Assembly: GCA_965203445.1 (NCBI GenBank)
Contig: OZ241883.1
Location: 2,304,001 to 2,368,000 of the forward strand
Length of the DNA: 64,000 nucleotides
Source of the DNA: Candidatus Oxydemutator sp.
GTDB lineage: Bacteria > Pseudomonadota > Gammaproteobacteria > Poriferisulfidales > Oxydemutatoraceae
Direction of reading: 5' to 3'
The notes below the pieces were generated by a model. It saw nothing but the letters and a program-made list of their open reading frames with translations. It searched no databases and was not told the DNA's origin. This document shows positions 62,096-64,000 of the stretch, one piece after another (the stretch's first letter is position 1; the number at the start of each line of letters is the position of its first letter). A program made the position numbers and the translations under genes.

Positions 62096-63109
62096 TCAGC
62101 CGCCGATGTACGACATCTCGACCTTCTCCAGCACCACGGTGTTTTCGTCGCGCAACTCGGAATAGCGGTCGTCCCTGCTCCGCCACCACTCGCGCAGGCG
62201 GTTTTTCAGAAACTCGTCCGAGTGGCGCTCGCGCAGCAGCGTGCGGAAGTCGTGGCCGCGGGTCGCGAACAGGCAGGTGTAGAGCCGGCCGTCCGCCGAC
62301 ATTCGCAGGCGCGTGCAGTCGCCGCAAAACGGCCGCGTCACCGACGAGATGAAGCCGATCTCGCCGCCGCCGTCGCGGTAGCGCCAACGCCGCGCGACCT
62401 CGCCGCGGTAATTCGCGTCCACCGGTTCGATGGGCAGCTCGGCGCCGATGGTTTCGATCAGTTCGGCCGACGGCACGACGTCGTCCATCCTCCAGCCGTT
62501 GCTGTGGCCGACGTCCATGTACTCGATGAAGCGCAGGATGACGCCACCGCCGCGAAAACGGCGCGCCATCGGCAGCACCTGGGCGTCGTTGACGCCCCGG
62601 CGCACGACCATGTTGACCTTGATCGGCGCAAAGCCCGCGGCCAGGCCGTTGTCTATCCCCCGCAACACCCGGCGCACCGGAAAGGCGACGCCGTTTACGC
62701 GCGAGAACACCGCATCGTCGAGCGCGTCGAGGCTGACCGTCAACCGCGACAGCCCGGCGGCGCGCAGCGCGCGCGCCTTGGCCGCGGTCAGCAGCGCGCC
62801 GTTGGTCGTAAGGCTTACGTCCGAGACGGCGCCGGGGTGCGCGATTTTTTCTATCAGCGTCTCGAGGTGGCTGCGGAGCAGCGGCTCGCCGCCGGTCAGG
62901 CGCACTTTTTCGACGCCGAGGTCGGCGAGCAACGACACGCCGCGCGCGATCTCCTCGAACGACAGCAACTCGGCGCGCGCCATGAAGCGGTAGCCGGCGT
63001 TGAACGTTTCCTTCGGCATGCAGTAGGTACAGCGGAAGTTACAGCGGTCGGTTACCGAGACGCGCAGGTCGCGGATTTTTCTGTGCAGGACGTCGGTTAC
63101 GGGGGCCAT
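62096..63109 (-). CDS. moaA: GTP 3',8-cyclase (molybdenum cofactor biosynthesis)
   Basis: LRVSVTDRCNFRCTYCMP (radical SAM CxxxCxxC), TGGEP, FCGDCTRLR...TCLF and a C-terminal MSYIGG. Confidence 0.98.
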   Translation of the reverse strand: MAPVTDVLHRKIRDLRVSVTDRCNFRCTYCMPKETFNAGYRFMARAELLSFEEIARGVSLLADLGVEKVRLTGGEPLLRSHLETLIEKIAHPGAVSDVSLTTNGALLTAAKARALRAAGLSRLTVSLDALDDAVFSRVNGVAFPVRRVLRGIDNGLAAGFAPIKVNMVVRRGVNDAQVLPMARRFRGGGVILRFIEYMDVGHSNGWRMDDVVPSAELIETIGAELPIEPVDANYRGEVARRWRYRDGGGEIGFISSVTRPFCGDCTRLRMSADGRLYTCLFATRGHDFRTLLRERHSDEFLKNRLREWWRSRDDRYSELRDENTVVLEKVEMSYIGG

Positions 63110-63198
63110 GGTTGCTAAAGCGGGGTGCGGCGGCTTTCACCCTTGGTTGCCGCCCCTTTGCGCTCCTTACGAATGAATGAAAGAAGCAAGCGCGACGA

Positions 63199-63272
63199 TG
63201 GAGCGGGCGAAGGGAATCGAACCCTCCTCACCAGCTTGGGAAGCTGGGGTAATGCCACTATACTACGCCCGC
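63199..63272 (-). tRNA. tRNA-Gly(CCC)
   Basis: 74 nt, GCGGGCGTAGTATAGTGG...CCAGC-TTCCCAA-GCTGG...GGTTCGATTCC...CGCCCGCTCCA. Anticodon CCC, encoded CCA end. Confidence 0.96.
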
Positions 63273-63390
63273 CGCTCGTGCTCGTCGCCGCGCTCACGAC
63301 CAGAACCACCCTGCCACACCGTCATCGGGCACCGCCATGGAGCGCTTGTCGTGGGATGCTCGCCATCGGGGCGCCGGGGAGCACCCGGCG

Positions 63391-63744
63391 TCACTTCCTG
63401 CGCAGTTTTTCCTTGACGCGCGCGGCCTTGCCGCTGCGTCCGCGCAGATAATACAACTTGGCGCGACGCACCTTGCCGCGACGCTTGACCTGGATGCCGC
63501 CGATCAACGGACTGTAGGTCTGGAAAACCCGCTCGACGCCCTCTCCGTACGAGATTTTCCTGACGGTGAACGACGAGTTCAGGCCGCGGTTGCGGCGCGC
63601 GATGACGATGCCCTCGAACGCCTGCATACGCTCGCGGCTGCCCTCGCGCACCTTGACCTGCACGACGACGGTGTCGCCCGGCGCGAACTCCGGGATTTCG
63701 GCGCGCGCCATTTCGTCCTCGATTTGACGCAGCAGTTCAGGCAT
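63391..63744 (-). CDS. rplS: 50S ribosomal protein L19
   Basis: [32 protein letters not shown] and [12 protein letters not shown] motifs. Confidence 0.98.
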   Translation of the reverse strand: MPELLRQIEDEMARAEIPEFAPGDTVVVQVKVREGSRERMQAFEGIVIARRNRGLNSSFTVRKISYGEGVERVFQTYSPLIGGIQVKRRGKVRRAKLYYLRGRSGKAARVKEKLRRK

Positions 63745-64000
63745 CTTTCTCCTCCAGGTATTCGGACATGATTTGCTTCTCCTCGTCGCTCAGGCGGCGC
63801 GCGCGAAACAGATCGGGTCTTTTCTCGAAAGTTCTGACGAGCGACTGCGCAAGGCGCCAGCGCCGAATCGCCTCGTGGTCGCCGCTAAGGAGCACCCCGG
63901 GCACCTCGACGCCGCGGTAACTCGACGGACGAGTATAATGCGGGCAGTCAAGAAGTCCAACCATGAACGAGTCCCGGCGCGCCGACTCCTCGTGTCCGAG
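63737..64000 (-). CDS. trmD: tRNA (guanine-N1)-methyltransferase (3' part only)
   Basis: [11 protein letters not shown]...[10 protein letters not shown]...RPDL, immediately upstream of rplS. Confidence 0.95.
   Translation of the reverse strand, partial: LGHEESARRDSFMVGLLDCPHYTRPSSYRGVEVPGVLLSGDHEAIRRWRLAQSLVRTFEKRPDLFRARRLSDEEKQIMSEYLEEKDA

Noticed and set aside
63110-63198. Moco riboswitch upstream of moaA
   Set aside because: Only about 90 nt with one GC-rich hairpin (GGCGGC...GCCGCC). I cannot see the multi-stem Moco consensus; an Rfam cmscan would settle it.
63199-63272. tRNA-Gly as the integration site of the adhesin array
   Set aside because: There is no integrase, I saw no duplicated tRNA 3' end at the far side of the array, and moaA lies between the tRNA and the array.

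Overview
A high-GC bacterial chromosome segment, probably gammaproteobacterial (inferred from gene order and protein sequences), with every real gene on the minus strand. Bases 1-16.1 kb are housekeeping genes: the dcw cluster (mraZ-rsmH-ftsL-ftsI-murE-murF-mraY-murD-ftsW-murG-murC'), cysG, rimI, a family-4 uracil-DNA glycosylase and leuA, which has a candidate Leu-rich leader peptide. The right end holds trmD', rplS, tRNA-Gly(CCC) and moaA. Between leuA and moaA lies a ~45.6 kb array of four paralogous secreted proteins (about 1,400, 1,270, 1,460 and 10,760 aa). They are built from ~480-aa units of a GLUG-type 'GGLVG' beta-solenoid plus a Calx-beta-like domain. All four end in the same ~290-aa C-terminal domain, which finishes with two dockerin-like Ca-loop/helix motifs. 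Two tail classes differ at positions matching the known dockerin specificity residues. Two of the small paralogs carry poly-C tracts just after an upstream ATG and are out of frame as assembled, which suggests slipped-strand phase variation. The giant gene is a shuffled library of 21 modules with hypervariable loops, internal duplications and sequence shared with the small paralogs. One paralog carries a 140-bp MITE inserted in frame, and an internally deleted IS5-family element sits next to it. My best candidate for an undescribed system is a phase-variable, recombination-diversified set of adhesin-like proteins displayed through a dockerin-like tail on a scaffold not encoded in this window. 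All alignments were done by eye; no searches were run.
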